A stretch of DNA of 64,000 nt from NCBI GenBank assembly GCA_963783375.1, contig CAWANH010000029.1:352001-416000 (forward strand), written 5' to 3'. The position numbers and the translations under genes are program-made. The notes below the pieces were generated by a model, which did not search any database, was not told the origin of the DNA, and was given only the letters and a program-made list of their open reading frames with translations. The stretch comes from Candidatus Eiseniibacteriota bacterium. Lineage in GTDB: Bacteria; Eisenbacteria; RBG-16-71-46; JABDJR01. This document shows, one piece after another, positions 1 to 10,383 of this stretch (within the stretch, counting starts at the first letter, position 1; each line of letters starts with the position of its first letter).

Positions 1-1
1 T

Positions 2-850
2 TCGTTCGCTCCCGTCGACCTGGTGCTGGCCTCGGCGGGTGCGGCGGCCAGCCGCGAGTGGTCTCCCCGGTTCGCGGCGGCGGGGGCGGTGGTGGTGGAC
101 AACTCCAGCGCGTTCCGGAACGACCCCGCGTCCCCCCTGGTGGTGCCGGAGGTGAACGCCGACGAGCTCGACGCCGCGGCCACCGTGGTGGCCAATCCGA
201 ACTGCTCGACCATCCAGATGGTGGTGGCCCTGGCCCCCCTTCACCGGGCGTGGGGGCTGACCGTGGTGCGGGTGGCCACCTATCAATCGGTGTCCGGAGC
301 GGGGGCGCGGGCCATGGACGAGCTTCGCACCGGATCCCGCCGGGCCCTGGAGGGGGAGGAGGATTCCGCCGGGGTGTTCCCACATCCCATTGCGTTCAAT
401 GCACTCCCTCAGATCGGCGCCTTCGATGAGAACGGTGAGAGCCAGGAGGAGATCAAGATGCGCAATGAAACCCGGCGCATCCTGGGGCTTCCGGACCTCC
501 GGTTGAGCGCGACCTGTGTCCGGGTGCCGGTGTTCCGGGGGCACAGCGAGGCGGTCTGGGCCGGCTTCCGCGAGAAACCGGATCCGAGGCGGGCCCGGGA
601 GCTCATGGCCGCCGCCGGGGTCACGGTGGTGGATGACCCCGCGGCCTCCGGCTATCCGCTGGCCCGCGCCGCCGCCGGCCGCGACGACGTCTTCGCGGGG
701 CGGGTGCGCCGGGATCCCGCCGACTCCAGCGGCTTGTCCCTCTGGGTGGTTTCGGACAATCTTCTGAAGGGCGCGGCCACCAATGCCTGGCAGATCGCCC
801 GGGTCCTGATGGAGCGCGGCCTGGTCCCCCGAAAGAGGCGGGGAGCATGA
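2..850 (+). CDS. asd: Aspartate-semialdehyde dehydrogenase (5' end truncated by window)
   Basis: Motifs VVDNSSAFR, ANPNCST (catalytic Cys), TYQSVSGAG, TCVRVPVFRGHSE, DNLLKGAATNA; frame is open from base 2. Confidence 0.97.
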   Translation, partial: SFAPVDLVLASAGAAASREWSPRFAAAGAVVVDNSSAFRNDPASPLVVPEVNADELDAAATVVANPNCSTIQMVVALAPLHRAWGLTVVRVATYQSVSGAGARAMDELRTGSRRALEGEEDSAGVFPHPIAFNALPQIGAFDENGESQEEIKMRNETRRILGLPDLRLSATCVRVPVFRGHSEAVWAGFREKPDPRRARELMAAAGVTVVDDPAASGYPLARAAAGRDDVFAGRVRRDPADSSGLSLWVVSDNLLKGAATNAWQIARVLMERGLVPRKRRGA

Positions 851-1563
851 ACCTTTCGATCATCGTGGTGGGAGCGGCCGGCCGGATGGGGGGAACCATC
901 GTCGAGCTGGCGGGGGAGGAAGGAATCGAGGTCGCGGCGCGGGTGGACCGCCGGCCCCCGGCGGGAGCGCCGGGATGGTTCGCCGCGATCGAGGCGGCGT
1001 TGGCCGCGGCTCCCGAGGCGGTGGTGGTGGACGTCTCCTCGGCCGAGGGCGCGACGGCCCGGGTGGACGCGGTGCGGGCGGCGGGACATCCCCTGGTGGA
1101 GGGGACCACCGCCCTGGGCCCCGAGGCCGAGTCGGCCCTGAGCCGCGCCGCGGAGACGGTTCCGGTGGTGGTGGCCCCGAATTTCGGACCGGGGATCGCC
1201 CTGCTTCGCCGGGCCCTGGGAGACATTCTTGCCGCCGCCGGTCCTCGCTGGGACGTGGCGATCCTCGACCGCCACCACCGGATGAAACAGGACGCGCCGA
1301 GCGGCACCGCGAAGCTCCTGGCGCAGGCGGTGGGCGAGCGGGGAGTCGAGGCCTCGGTGGCCTCCTTCCGCCAGGGAGGCGTGGTGGGTGAGCACGCCGT
1401 CCACCTGAGCGCCGACGACGAGGAACTGGTGCTCACCCATCGCGCGTTCAGCCGCCGGGCCTTCGCCCGGGGGGCGATTCTGGCCTCCCGGTTCGCGGCG
1501 GGGGCCGCGCCGGGGCGCTACGGCATGGACCACGTGCTCGGCCTGGACGTTCCCGGCGCCTGA
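847..1563 (+). CDS. dapB: 4-hydroxy-tetrahydrodipicolinate reductase
   Basis: GAAGRMG, GTT, HHRMKQDAPSGTA and FARGAILA motifs; ATGA overlap with asd. Confidence 0.93.
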   Translation: MNLSIIVVGAAGRMGGTIVELAGEEGIEVAARVDRRPPAGAPGWFAAIEAALAAAPEAVVVDVSSAEGATARVDAVRAAGHPLVEGTTALGPEAESALSRAAETVPVVVAPNFGPGIALLRRALGDILAAAGPRWDVAILDRHHRMKQDAPSGTAKLLAQAVGERGVEASVASFRQGGVVGEHAVHLSADDEELVLTHRAFSRRAFARGAILASRFAAGAAPGRYGMDHVLGLDVPGA

Positions 1564-1650
1564 CCGGTGGGGAAGCCGGCGGCGGGATCCGGGCGGGCGA
1601 GGGGCGTCCGCCGGGGGAACCGGCCCGCGCCGCATCCGGGGTAGGAGGTC

Positions 1651-3006
1651 GTGTCCTTGAGTCTCTTCGCCTGGAGCACGCGCCGGGTGATCGCCCCCCT
1701 CTGGGCGTGGTGGGAGGGCTCGCCCTATCTCCGGGTGGCCGCCCGCCTGGAGCGCGACCGCTCCCTCTCCGCCGCGGAGCGCGCCACCCGCCAGCTTGCC
1801 GGGCTTCGGAGCATCCTGGCTCATGCCGCCCGCGTCCCTTTCTACCGCGATCGATTCCGGGCGGCCGGGTTCGAGCCCGGGGATCTGCGCGGCCTGGACG
1901 ATCTCCGCGGACTGCCGGTCCTCACCAAGGCGGACATTCGCGCTCACTCCGAAGCCCTCCGCTCCCCGGACGTGCCGCCCGAGAAGCTGGAGCCCCGGAA
2001 GACCTCCGGATCCACCGGAGTCTCCCTTCGCTTCGCGGTGGATGCCGATTCCGTGCAGTGGAAGCGGGGGGTGGCGCTCTGGCGCGACGGATGGACCGGT
2101 TGGCGGTTGGGGGAGCCCCGGGCGATGGTCTGGGGAAATCCCGTGCTTCCGACGAACCGGCGGGAGGCGCTCTGGAACCTCCTCCTCGACCGGCAGTTCT
2201 ACCTCGACACCCTCCAGATGGACGAGGCGGCCATGGGCGCCTTCGCCGCGGAGATCCTCCGGCGCCGCCCCACCCTGTTGTTCGGTCACGCCCACTCGCT
2301 CCACCGGTTCGCGTTGCACTGGCGCGAGAGCGGCCGGCCGGCCTACCGGTTCCGGGGCGTGATCAGCACCGCCATGGTGCTCCACGAATTCGAACGGCGG
2401 CAGGTGGAGGAGACGTTCTCCACCCGGATCTTCGACCGCTACGGATGCGAGGAGGTGAGCCTCATCGCCAGCGAGTGCGAGGCGCACCTTGGGCTTCACC
2501 AGAACACCGACAGCCTGGTGGTCGAGGTGGTCGAGGACGTTCCCGGCACCGGAGAGGGGAAGGTGGTGGTGACCGACCTCACCAACCGGGGAATGCCGTT
2601 CATCCGGTACGAGGTCGGGGATCGCGCCGTCCCGGCTCCCGATGGCCCGTGTCCCTGCGGCCGGAGCTACCCGCGCCTGGCCCGGGTGGCCGGGCGGGTG
2701 GCCGACTATCTCCGGACCCCGGAGGGTCGCCTGGTCTCGGGCATCTCCCTCACCGAGAACTTCGCCACCCTGATTCCGGGGGTGGCCCAGGTGCAGATCG
2801 TCCAGGATGCCCCCGACCATCTGCGGCTCCGGATGGTCCGGGCGCCCGATTACGACGCAACGTCGACCCGGCGGATCGCGGAGCTGGTGGCCGAGCGCTT
2901 CGGCCCGGCCATGCGCCACCGGATCGAGCCGGTGGACCGCATCGATCCCGATCCCTCCGGCAAGTACCGCTTCGCCATCTACGCGGTGGGAGAGGACGGG
3001 AGGTAG
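1651..3006 (+). CDS. Phenylacetate-CoA ligase family (CapK-like) adenylating enzyme
   Basis: TSGSTG loop, DRYGCEE, NRGMPFIRYEVGD, SGKYR; next to polysaccharide genes. Confidence 0.85.
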   Translation: MSLSLFAWSTRRVIAPLWAWWEGSPYLRVAARLERDRSLSAAERATRQLAGLRSILAHAARVPFYRDRFRAAGFEPGDLRGLDDLRGLPVLTKADIRAHSEALRSPDVPPEKLEPRKTSGSTGVSLRFAVDADSVQWKRGVALWRDGWTGWRLGEPRAMVWGNPVLPTNRREALWNLLLDRQFYLDTLQMDEAAMGAFAAEILRRRPTLLFGHAHSLHRFALHWRESGRPAYRFRGVISTAMVLHEFERRQVEETFSTRIFDRYGCEEVSLIASECEAHLGLHQNTDSLVVEVVEDVPGTGEGKVVVTDLTNRGMPFIRYEVGDRAVPAPDGPCPCGRSYPRLARVAGRVADYLRTPEGRLVSGISLTENFATLIPGVAQVQIVQDAPDHLRLRMVRAPDYDATSTRRIAELVAERFGPAMRHRIEPVDRIDPDPSGKYRFAIYAVGEDGR

Positions 3007-3034
3007 CTCCTCCGGTCCTCGCGGTCCGTCCCGC

Positions 3035-3961
3035 TCACCCCCGGCCGGCCGGCCCGCGGAGCCGGCGCCAGAGCGCGTTGCGGAGCCGGTAGATCGCCCA
3101 CGCCGAACGGTCGCGGACGTTGAAGGCGTGCTCCGCCTCGAGCGCCCGCCGGTAGGCGAGGGCGGTGTCGTCCTGGCCCCAGCGCAGGAACTCCCGGAGC
3201 CGCCGTTTCTTCCCGAGCAGCACGCGGGCCTCGGCCGGGAGGGGGAGCGCGATGCCTTCCCGCGCCGCCGCCGCCGCGCACTTGGTGAAGCAGAGTGCGT
3301 CGTAGCGCATGTTCTCCGCGGCGTCGGTGGTCTGGCTGAGGGACCGCGCGTGCACCCGCCGCCGACAGAGGCTCTCGGCCAGGCAGGAGACCGGGAAGAG
3401 CATGGCCAGGCGGAGCCAGCACTCGAAGTCCTCCTTCCGTCGCATGGTCTCGTCGAAGAGACCGGCCCGTGCCAGGGCCTCGCGGCGAACGAACACCGTC
3501 GAAGGGGGAATTGCGAACGCGTCGAGATAGAGGGCCTCGAATACTCGTTCCGCCGATCGCCGGGGGAAGGGGCGCGGGGCGCCGCGGGGGACCAGGCGCT
3601 CGTCGCAGTCGGTGACCCGGGTGTACGAGAGCCCGAGGCCGGGGTGGCCGGCGAACTCCTCGCGCTGGCAGGCGACCATCTCCGGCTCCCAGGCGTCGTC
3701 CGCGTCCAGGAAGCCCACCACCTCCGCCTCGGAGGCCCGGACACCGGTGTTCCGGGCGGCGGGAAGCCCCCGGTTCCGGTCGTGGCGGAGGACCTCGATC
3801 CGCCCCGCAAATCCGGCCAGGATCTCCGGGGTGCGGTCGGTCGAGGCGTCGTCCACCACCAGCACCCGGTCCACCGGGTGCGTCTGATCGAGGACCGAGG
3901 CCACCGCCTCGGCCACCCAGGCCTCGCCGTTGAACACCGGAATCACCGCGTCCACCTTCAT
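3035..3961 (-). CDS. Glycosyltransferase family 2
   Basis: VIPVFN, VVDDASTD, ARNTG, FLDADD, EDFECWLR. Confidence 0.92.
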   Translation of the reverse strand: MKVDAVIPVFNGEAWVAEAVASVLDQTHPVDRVLVVDDASTDRTPEILAGFAGRIEVLRHDRNRGLPAARNTGVRASEAEVVGFLDADDAWEPEMVACQREEFAGHPGLGLSYTRVTDCDERLVPRGAPRPFPRRSAERVFEALYLDAFAIPPSTVFVRREALARAGLFDETMRRKEDFECWLRLAMLFPVSCLAESLCRRRVHARSLSQTTDAAENMRYDALCFTKCAAAAAREGIALPLPAEARVLLGKKRRLREFLRWGQDDTALAYRRALEAEHAFNVRDRSAWAIYRLRNALWRRLRGPAGRG

Positions 3962-3971
3962 GCTCGCCTCA

Positions 3972-5486
3972 TCATGTCCGGCGGAGGAGCCCCCCGACCA
4001 GGGCTTGCCGCTCGCGTTCCTTCAGGGCCAGGAACCAGGCCGAGACCAGGTAGATCGTTGCCGAGATCGCGGCTTGCCCGGCCAGGGCCACGTAGCCCTC
4101 GGGAAGCCAGATCCACCGCAGCCCGTAGAGCGTTCCCCCGGTGAGGGCGAGAGGGATGGTGAACCGGAAGACGGTTTCGGTGAGGTGGAGGCGGATGGAG
4201 ACGTGAATGGCCCGGCAGGCCATGACCAGGAACACCCCCGAGGTGGTTCCGGCGCACAGGGTCACCGACAGCGCGATCCCGCTCACCCCGAACCCACGGG
4301 CCAGGGGAATCGAGAGGAGCACGTTCACCACCGCCAGGCCGAGGGCGATCCAGGCGGCCCGCCCGTGCCGTCCGAGGCTCACCAGGAGCTGGCCGGCGTT
4401 GGGGGCGATCCAGTCCAGGAACAGCGCCACGGCCAGGATGCGGATCACCATCTCTCCCTCCTCGGCGTAGGATGGGCCCATCCAGCGCCGGATGAATGGG
4501 GCTCCCAGGGCGAACACCACCGGGGGGATCCACAGGAGCGCGAACTGCAGGGTTCGGCTGAAGCCGAACCAGGCGTACCGGGTCGCCTCCTCGTCCTTGC
4601 TTCCGGAGAGGGCGCTGAAGTAGGGCATGAGGGGAAATCCCAGGTAGCCGGCCAGATACTGGGCGTACTCGGTGAGCCGGCTGGGGATGGCGTAGAAGAC
4701 GACCCGCCCCACCCCGAGCACGTGGGCGATCACCAGGGGCATGGTCTGCTTCCGCACCCGCACCGCCACCATGAGGAGAAAGCTCTTGAGCCCGAACCCG
4801 TAGAGCTCCCGGAGCACGGTGCGGGAGAAGTGCGAGGGGTAGGGCTTAAGCCCCGCGTCCAGGGTGAGGACGAGGAACCCGAAGTAGGCGTATTCCACCA
4901 CCGCGGCCACCAGGTAGATTCCGGCCATCCACAACAATCCCGGACCCGGCCAGCGGGTGAGGGCCAGGTACATGACGAGGCTCTGGACCGCGATGAGTAC
5001 CATCCGGGAGCCGTTCACCAGGTAGTGGCGCTGGTACCCCATGAGGTAGCCGACCACGACCGCTCCCGGAAGCTGGAGGAAGAGCGTGGCCCCCATGATC
5101 AGGAAGAGCGCGGCCAGGTTCGACACCGCTCCGGGCTCGAGGTTCAGCACCGCTTCCGGCCGGAGGGAGAGGACGGCGATGATCACGAAGCTCACGGTCC
5201 CGGCGGCGATCAGGGTGTAGAAGGCCGAGGTGAAGACCTGGGCGGTGCGCTCCCGGTCCTCCTGGGACGCGGCCATCGCCACGTAGCGGACGATGGCCGG
5301 GGAGAGCCCGAACTCCAGGACGCTGAGGTAGCCGACCAGGCTCAACATGATGTCCCAAATGCCGTAGTTTTGATTGCCGAGTTCCCGCACAATGACGGGG
5401 CTCAGGAAGAAGGCCACCGCGACGTTCACCGCGTAGAGCGCGGTGCCGGAGACGGAGTTCAAGAGGATCCGTCGCTTGGTGTCCAA
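3972..5486 (-). CDS. Oligosaccharide flippase (Wzx/MOP family)
   Basis: About 14 hydrophobic segments; LG..NYGIW and EFGLSPAIVRYVA N-terminal pattern; TTG start. Confidence 0.85.
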   Translation of the reverse strand: MDTKRRILLNSVSGTALYAVNVAVAFFLSPVIVRELGNQNYGIWDIMLSLVGYLSVLEFGLSPAIVRYVAMAASQEDRERTAQVFTSAFYTLIAAGTVSFVIIAVLSLRPEAVLNLEPGAVSNLAALFLIMGATLFLQLPGAVVVGYLMGYQRHYLVNGSRMVLIAVQSLVMYLALTRWPGPGLLWMAGIYLVAAVVEYAYFGFLVLTLDAGLKPYPSHFSRTVLRELYGFGLKSFLLMVAVRVRKQTMPLVIAHVLGVGRVVFYAIPSRLTEYAQYLAGYLGFPLMPYFSALSGSKDEEATRYAWFGFSRTLQFALLWIPPVVFALGAPFIRRWMGPSYAEEGEMVIRILAVALFLDWIAPNAGQLLVSLGRHGRAAWIALGLAVVNVLLSIPLARGFGVSGIALSVTLCAGTTSGVFLVMACRAIHVSIRLHLTETVFRFTIPLALTGGTLYGLRWIWLPEGYVALAGQAAISATIYLVSAWFLALKERERQALVGGLLRRT

Positions 5487-5552
5487 TCAGGCTCTCCCGC
5501 GGGTTGTCCGGTGGCGCACGTGACCGGACATGGCATACGGTACGAGGTCGGA

Positions 5553-6713
5553 ATGGGTCAATCGAATTCGGAAACACGATCCGGCGACGGGGGCTCCATC
5601 CGGGTCGGGTTCGTGATCGACTCGCTCCTCCCCGGCGCGGGGACGGAGAACCAGCTCACCCTGCTGCTGGAGCGATTCGACCGCGCGCGGGTGGCGCCCC
5701 GGCTGGCCTGCCTCTGGCATAATCCGGCGCTCGACGCCCTGGGCCTGGAACCCCCGCCAGAGATCCTGGGGTTCCGCCGGCTGGCCGCTCCCGAGGGCGT
5801 TCGCGGGATCGTCCGGCTCCGGGGCTGGATACGCCGTGAGCGCCTCGACCTTGTGGTCACCTTCTTCCGCGACGCCAACATCGCGGGAACCCTGGCCGCC
5901 GGCCTCGCCCGTCGCCCGGTGGTCTCCACCCGGAGGAATCTCGGCTGGTGGCACACGCCGCGGGAGGTGGCGGTGCTCCGGGTCCTGGACCGCATGACCG
6001 CGCGGTTCGTGGCCAACTCCGAGGCGGTGGCCGAGCGGGCGCGGGAGGTCGAACGGCTCGACCCGCGAAGGATCGAGGTGATCCCCAACGCGGTGGACAC
6101 CGCGCGGTTCCGCCCCCCGGATCCCGGAGAGCGGGAGGCGGCGCGCCGGGCCCTCGAGCTGGATGGGAACGGCCCGGTGGTGGGGTGCGTGGGGAACCTC
6201 CGCCCGGTCAAGGACCATCGGGGGCTCCTGGCCGCCTGGGAGCGGGTCCTGGAGAGCCTCCCCGAGGCCCGCCTGGTCCTGGCCGGGGACGGCCCGGAGG
6301 CGGGGGCCCTCCGGGAGCTGGCCGCCCCCTTCGGGAAGAGCGTGCGGTTTCTGGGGGCCCGGGAGGACGTCCCGGCGCTTCTCCAGGCCTTCGACCTCGG
6401 TGTCCTTCCCTCCGTGTCGGAGGGCTCTTCCAATGCCCTCCTGGAGTACCTGGCGAGCGGGCTTCCGGCGGTGGCCACGGCGGTGGGCGGGAGCCCGGAG
6501 ATCCTGGCCGGCCGGAGCTTCGGGCGCCTGGTGCCGTCCGGAAATCCCGCCGCCCTGGCCGAGGCCCTGATCCAGGCGGCGAAGGAGCAGGGCCGGACTA
6601 CCGGACCGGGGGAGGAGGCCCGGCGCTACGTTCTGGCCACCCGCTCCATTCCCGCGGTGATGGAGGCTTGGTACCGGCTCTTCGAGCGATTCCGGACGGG
6701 GAAGGGTCAATGA
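5553..6713 (+). CDS. Glycosyltransferase family 4 (GT-B)
   Basis: GAGTENQL, VIPNAVD, VGNLRPVKDH, SEGSSNALLEYLASGLPAVAT; real start inferred at ATG 5553 inside the long ORF 3930..6713. Confidence 0.9.
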   Translation: MGQSNSETRSGDGGSIRVGFVIDSLLPGAGTENQLTLLLERFDRARVAPRLACLWHNPALDALGLEPPPEILGFRRLAAPEGVRGIVRLRGWIRRERLDLVVTFFRDANIAGTLAAGLARRPVVSTRRNLGWWHTPREVAVLRVLDRMTARFVANSEAVAERAREVERLDPRRIEVIPNAVDTARFRPPDPGEREAARRALELDGNGPVVGCVGNLRPVKDHRGLLAAWERVLESLPEARLVLAGDGPEAGALRELAAPFGKSVRFLGAREDVPALLQAFDLGVLPSVSEGSSNALLEYLASGLPAVATAVGGSPEILAGRSFGRLVPSGNPAALAEALIQAAKEQGRTTGPGEEARRYVLATRSIPAVMEAWYRLFERFRTGKGQ

Positions 6714-8077
6714 GGGAGTCTCAGGAGGGTCCCCACCCGAAGGTAGTTGGGGTTTCGGATGCCGTTCAGGCGCTGGATCACCCTCACCGAGGTCCGGAAC
6801 CGGGTGGCGATCGCTCCCAGGTTATCCCCGCTCCGCACCCGGTAGGTGCGCTGGGGCGGAACGAGCGGGCGCTTGGAGGGCGGCAGCTCGGCGAAGAGCT
6901 TCCCCGCGCTCTCCCCCAGACCGGCGGGGATCTTGAGCGCGTATCCCTTGGGCAGGTAGACCTCGCCCCGGCGTGCGGAGGAGCTCACCGCGGGGTTCAT
7001 CCGGGCCAGCTCGTCCGAGGCCACCCCGAAGGTGCGGGCGGCGGTGGGGAGCTCCACGTAGGCGGGCAGGGTGAACGTGTCGAAGTCCACCGGGGAGTCC
7101 AGGGATAGGTCCCCGGGGTTGTCCAGAAGCGATTGCGCGCCCTCCATGGCGGCCAGGAACTCGGGATAGAAGTTCCGGCCCGCGAAACCGAAGAGAGAGC
7201 CCCGGTAGTCCTGGATGATGCGGGCGATGTCGGTGGTCCCGGTCTCCCGGACCGCGTTCTTGATCCCGTCCACGCCGTGGTTGTAGGAAGTGATGGCCAG
7301 GGGCCAGGTGCCCAGCTCGGAATGGGCGCTTTTCAGATAGCGGGCGGCGGCGCGGGCCGCGGTGTAGGGGTCCAGGCGTTCATCCACCGCTTCATCGACC
7401 CGAACGTGGAACTTCCGGGCGGTGGCGGACATGAACTGCCACATGCCCAGGGCTCCCACGCTCGAGCGGGCGTCCCACCGGTAGGAGGACTCGACGTGGG
7501 GGAGGAACAGGAGTTCCTCGGGCACCCCTTCCTCCCGGAAGATGCCGCGGAAGGCGTCCACGTACCGCGCGGATCGGGACACCCCGGCGAGGAAGCCCTC
7601 CCGGATCCCCCGCTGGCTACGGACGTTCTCCGCCGCGGCCCGGTAGGTCGCCGGGTCGGTGCTCCGATCCCAGGTCCGGAAGAGACGCGCCCGCCGGCCG
7701 GTAAGGGTGTCGTAGGCGCAGCCGGGTCGGGCCAGGGACTCGAGCTCCCGGGTCAGGTCCTCCTTCCATCGGGACCGCAGGTGCTCCCGCTCGCGTTCCC
7801 GTCGCAGGGTCCCGTCCGGGGGAGGAAGGCGATGCACCTCGTATATTCGATCCAGATCGAATCCGTCATGGTAGACGATCTGGTCCGACTCCCAGTCGGT
7901 GAAGACCTCTTTCCAGAAGTGGACGGCGGGGGCGAGGGAGGGAGGATGGGGGAAGGGGGGTGGGGATCCCCCGGGCGCCGCCGACGACGAGGAAAACGCC
8001 GGAATCGGCGCTCCGCCAATGAGTACCAAGGAGGTGAGGAGGGTAACCGCTTGGAGTTTGTTCATGATGAGTCCCAA
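6707..8077 (-). CDS. Lytic transglycosylase (SLT domain) with C-terminal LysM, MltD-like
   Basis: Signal peptide; HVESSY catalytic Glu, GALGMWQF, SYNHG; LysM YRVRSGDNLGAIA; start may be the later Met of MNKLQ. Confidence 0.9.
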   Translation of the reverse strand: MGLIMNKLQAVTLLTSLVLIGGAPIPAFSSSSAAPGGSPPPFPHPPSLAPAVHFWKEVFTDWESDQIVYHDGFDLDRIYEVHRLPPPDGTLRREREREHLRSRWKEDLTRELESLARPGCAYDTLTGRRARLFRTWDRSTDPATYRAAAENVRSQRGIREGFLAGVSRSARYVDAFRGIFREEGVPEELLFLPHVESSYRWDARSSVGALGMWQFMSATARKFHVRVDEAVDERLDPYTAARAAARYLKSAHSELGTWPLAITSYNHGVDGIKNAVRETGTTDIARIIQDYRGSLFGFAGRNFYPEFLAAMEGAQSLLDNPGDLSLDSPVDFDTFTLPAYVELPTAARTFGVASDELARMNPAVSSSARRGEVYLPKGYALKIPAGLGESAGKLFAELPPSKRPLVPPQRTYRVRSGDNLGAIATRFRTSVRVIQRLNGIRNPNYLRVGTLLRLPH

Positions 8078-8188
8078 CGTCCATGTTATCGGTCACCGAA
8101 CCCCGGACTCAACCTGGAGTTTGGTCGCGGGCCCGGTTTTCTGGGGTGGTAGCCTCGTTGCGGTCTCCGTGCTAGCATCGTTGATTCC

Positions 8189-9463
8189 ATGACGTCGGCT
8201 TCGCTCGCCGGCCGCCAGGGCGCGGCCATACACGGCATCCGCTCCCGGGGGCTCATGCTCCTGGGCGTGTTGCTGCTTTTCGCCGCCCCGGGACCGGTCT
8301 CCGCCTTGCCCACCTCCGGGTCGGCCGGGCTCGATCGGATTGCCAGCGAGCATTATGACTCCGCGTTCCTGGCCCGCGGCCGCGCATTTCACCGTCCCCT
8401 CTACACGCTCTACTTCGTCGAGACCGCGCTGATCCTGGTCGTGGCCTGGGTCCTGGCCCTGGGGCCCCTGGGCCGGTGGGGGCAGTCCACCCTGGCTGCG
8501 GCGGGTGGGCACCGGTGGCTTGCCCGGCTCCTTCTCTTGAGCGCGGTGGTGGCGGGCTTCGCTCTCCTCCGCCTGCCCTTCTCGATCTACTCCTTCCTCC
8601 ACGCCCGCGCCTACGGGCTCCGCCACGATGCCTGGACCGGGTTCGCCGGGGACTGGCTGAAGTCGGTGGCCATCGGCTGGGTGCTGGCGGTGGTGGTGGG
8701 TCTTCTCCTCCTCGGGCTCTTCAGCCGTTGGCCGAGGACCTGGTGGGTGCTGGCCGCCGGCGCGGTGGCGGTGCTGACCGTGGCCTACGTCATGCTCTCC
8801 CCCCTGGTGATCGATCCGATGTTCAACCGGTTCCATCGTCTCGAGGACCGGCCCCTGGAGGAACGGCTCCTGGCCATCGCCCGGGACGGAGGCGTGCCCG
8901 CCACCGAAGTCCTGGTGGCCGACGCCAGCCGGCGCACCCGCGCGGTGAACGCGTACTTCACCGGGGTGGGAAAGACCCGGCGGATCGTGCTCTACGACAC
9001 CCTGGTGGAGAAGTTTCCGCCCGATGAGATCGCCCTGGTGGTGGCCCACGAGGTGGGGCACTGGAAGCGCCATCACGTGACCTGGGGACTGGTCATGGGG
9101 CTCGCCGCCACCTTGCTCGGTCTCCTGGTCGCGCACGGGGTCCTGGGACGATGGGCGGGCGGAGGCTTCGGGGGCCTGGCCGGTCGCGGGGATCCCGCCC
9201 TGGTGTTCCCCGCCTATGCCCTCTTTCTGACCCTGATGACCCTGGCCGTGGTTCCCTCCAACATCATCTCGCGGCGCATGGAGACCCAGGCCGACCTCAC
9301 CTCGCTACAGCTGACCGGCGACCGGGCCGGGTTCGTGAACACCGAGGTGCGGTTGGGGCGGGAAAACCTCTCCGACGTGGTTCCCCCGGCCTGGATCGAA
9401 TTCACGCTCTATACCCACCCGTGCAACGCCCGGAGGATCCGCATGGCCGAGGACTACCGATGA
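8189..9463 (+). CDS. M48 family zinc metalloprotease (Ste24-like)
   Basis: NAYFTG, RIVLYDTL, HEVGH zinc motif, ETQAD, YTHP; multiple TM segments. Confidence 0.92.
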   Translation: MTSASLAGRQGAAIHGIRSRGLMLLGVLLLFAAPGPVSALPTSGSAGLDRIASEHYDSAFLARGRAFHRPLYTLYFVETALILVVAWVLALGPLGRWGQSTLAAAGGHRWLARLLLLSAVVAGFALLRLPFSIYSFLHARAYGLRHDAWTGFAGDWLKSVAIGWVLAVVVGLLLLGLFSRWPRTWWVLAAGAVAVLTVAYVMLSPLVIDPMFNRFHRLEDRPLEERLLAIARDGGVPATEVLVADASRRTRAVNAYFTGVGKTRRIVLYDTLVEKFPPDEIALVVAHEVGHWKRHHVTWGLVMGLAATLLGLLVAHGVLGRWAGGGFGGLAGRGDPALVFPAYALFLTLMTLAVVPSNIISRRMETQADLTSLQLTGDRAGFVNTEVRLGRENLSDVVPPAWIEFTLYTHPCNARRIRMAEDYR

Positions 9464-10383
9464 TTTCCGTGGAGGGGCTGACCAAGAGCTATGCGGCCAT
9501 CCGCGCCCTGAAGGGGATCTCCTTCGAGGTGGCCCCGGGGGAGGTGGTGGGGTTTCTGGGGCCCAACGGAGCGGGGAAGACCACCACCCTGCGCATCCTG
9601 AGCGGGTTCATGCCGGCCAACGAGGGCGTGGCGCGGGTGGCGGGGTTCGACGTCTTCCGGGAGTCCCGAAAGGTACGGCGACGCACCGGGTACCTGCCCG
9701 AGGATGTCCCCCTCTATCGGGACATGACGGTGACGGAGTTCCTTCGCTATCTCGGAGGGCTGAAGGACGTCCCCGCCGGACGGCTGTCCGGGGAAGTGGA
9801 CCGCGTGGTGGGCCTGACCGGCCTCGAGCCGGTGCGCGGGCTCCTCCTCTCGAAGTGTTCCAAGGGATTTCGCCAGCGGACCGGACTGGCCCAGGCGCTC
9901 CTGGGGGAGCCGGAGGTCCTGCTGCTGGACGAGCCCACCTCGGGTCTGGACCCCAACCAGGTGGTCGAGGTGCGGGACCTGATCCGTCATCTGAGCGGGG
10001 AGAAGACCGTGCTCCTCTCCAGCCACATCCTCTCCGAGGTCACCCAGATCTGTTCCCGGGTGCTCATCATCCATGACGGCCGTCTGGTGGCCTCGGGGAC
10101 CCCTTCGGACCTCGCCCGGCGCTACGGCACCGGAAGCCGCATCCTCCTGCGGGTCCGGGGCCGCTTGGATCCCGCCCGATTGGGCGAGGTGGAGGGGGTG
10201 GTCCGGGTGGTGGACGAAGGCCCGGGGGAGTTCCGCCTGGACGTGTCCGACGGCGAGGGGGCGGCGCCCCGGCTGGCCGGAGTGGTGCTGGCCGCGGGGG
10301 TGGAACTCCTGGAGCTTCGACACGAGACGGCCACCCTGGAGAGCATCTTCCGGGCCGCCACCGGGGGAAGCGTTGATGCGTAG
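9460..10383 (+). CDS. ABC transporter ATP-binding protein (GldA-like)
   Basis: GPNGAGKTT, SKGFRQR, LLLDEPTSGLDP, SSHILSEV; ATGA overlap with the M48 gene. Confidence 0.93.
   Translation: MISVEGLTKSYAAIRALKGISFEVAPGEVVGFLGPNGAGKTTTLRILSGFMPANEGVARVAGFDVFRESRKVRRRTGYLPEDVPLYRDMTVTEFLRYLGGLKDVPAGRLSGEVDRVVGLTGLEPVRGLLLSKCSKGFRQRTGLAQALLGEPEVLLLDEPTSGLDPNQVVEVRDLIRHLSGEKTVLLSSHILSEVTQICSRVLIIHDGRLVASGTPSDLARRYGTGSRILLRVRGRLDPARLGEVEGVVRVVDEGPGEFRLDVSDGEGAAPRLAGVVLAAGVELLELRHETATLESIFRAATGGSVDA

Noticed and set aside
652-3810. Very long antisense or alternate-frame ORFs (e.g. 1052 aa here; also 50873..53986 -, 55385..59206 +, 61067..63493 +)
   Set aside because: Shadow ORFs from high GC3 codon bias. 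They overlap well-supported genes and read as Pro/Arg/Gly-rich noise. Where such an ORF ends in a real gene, only that part is annotated.
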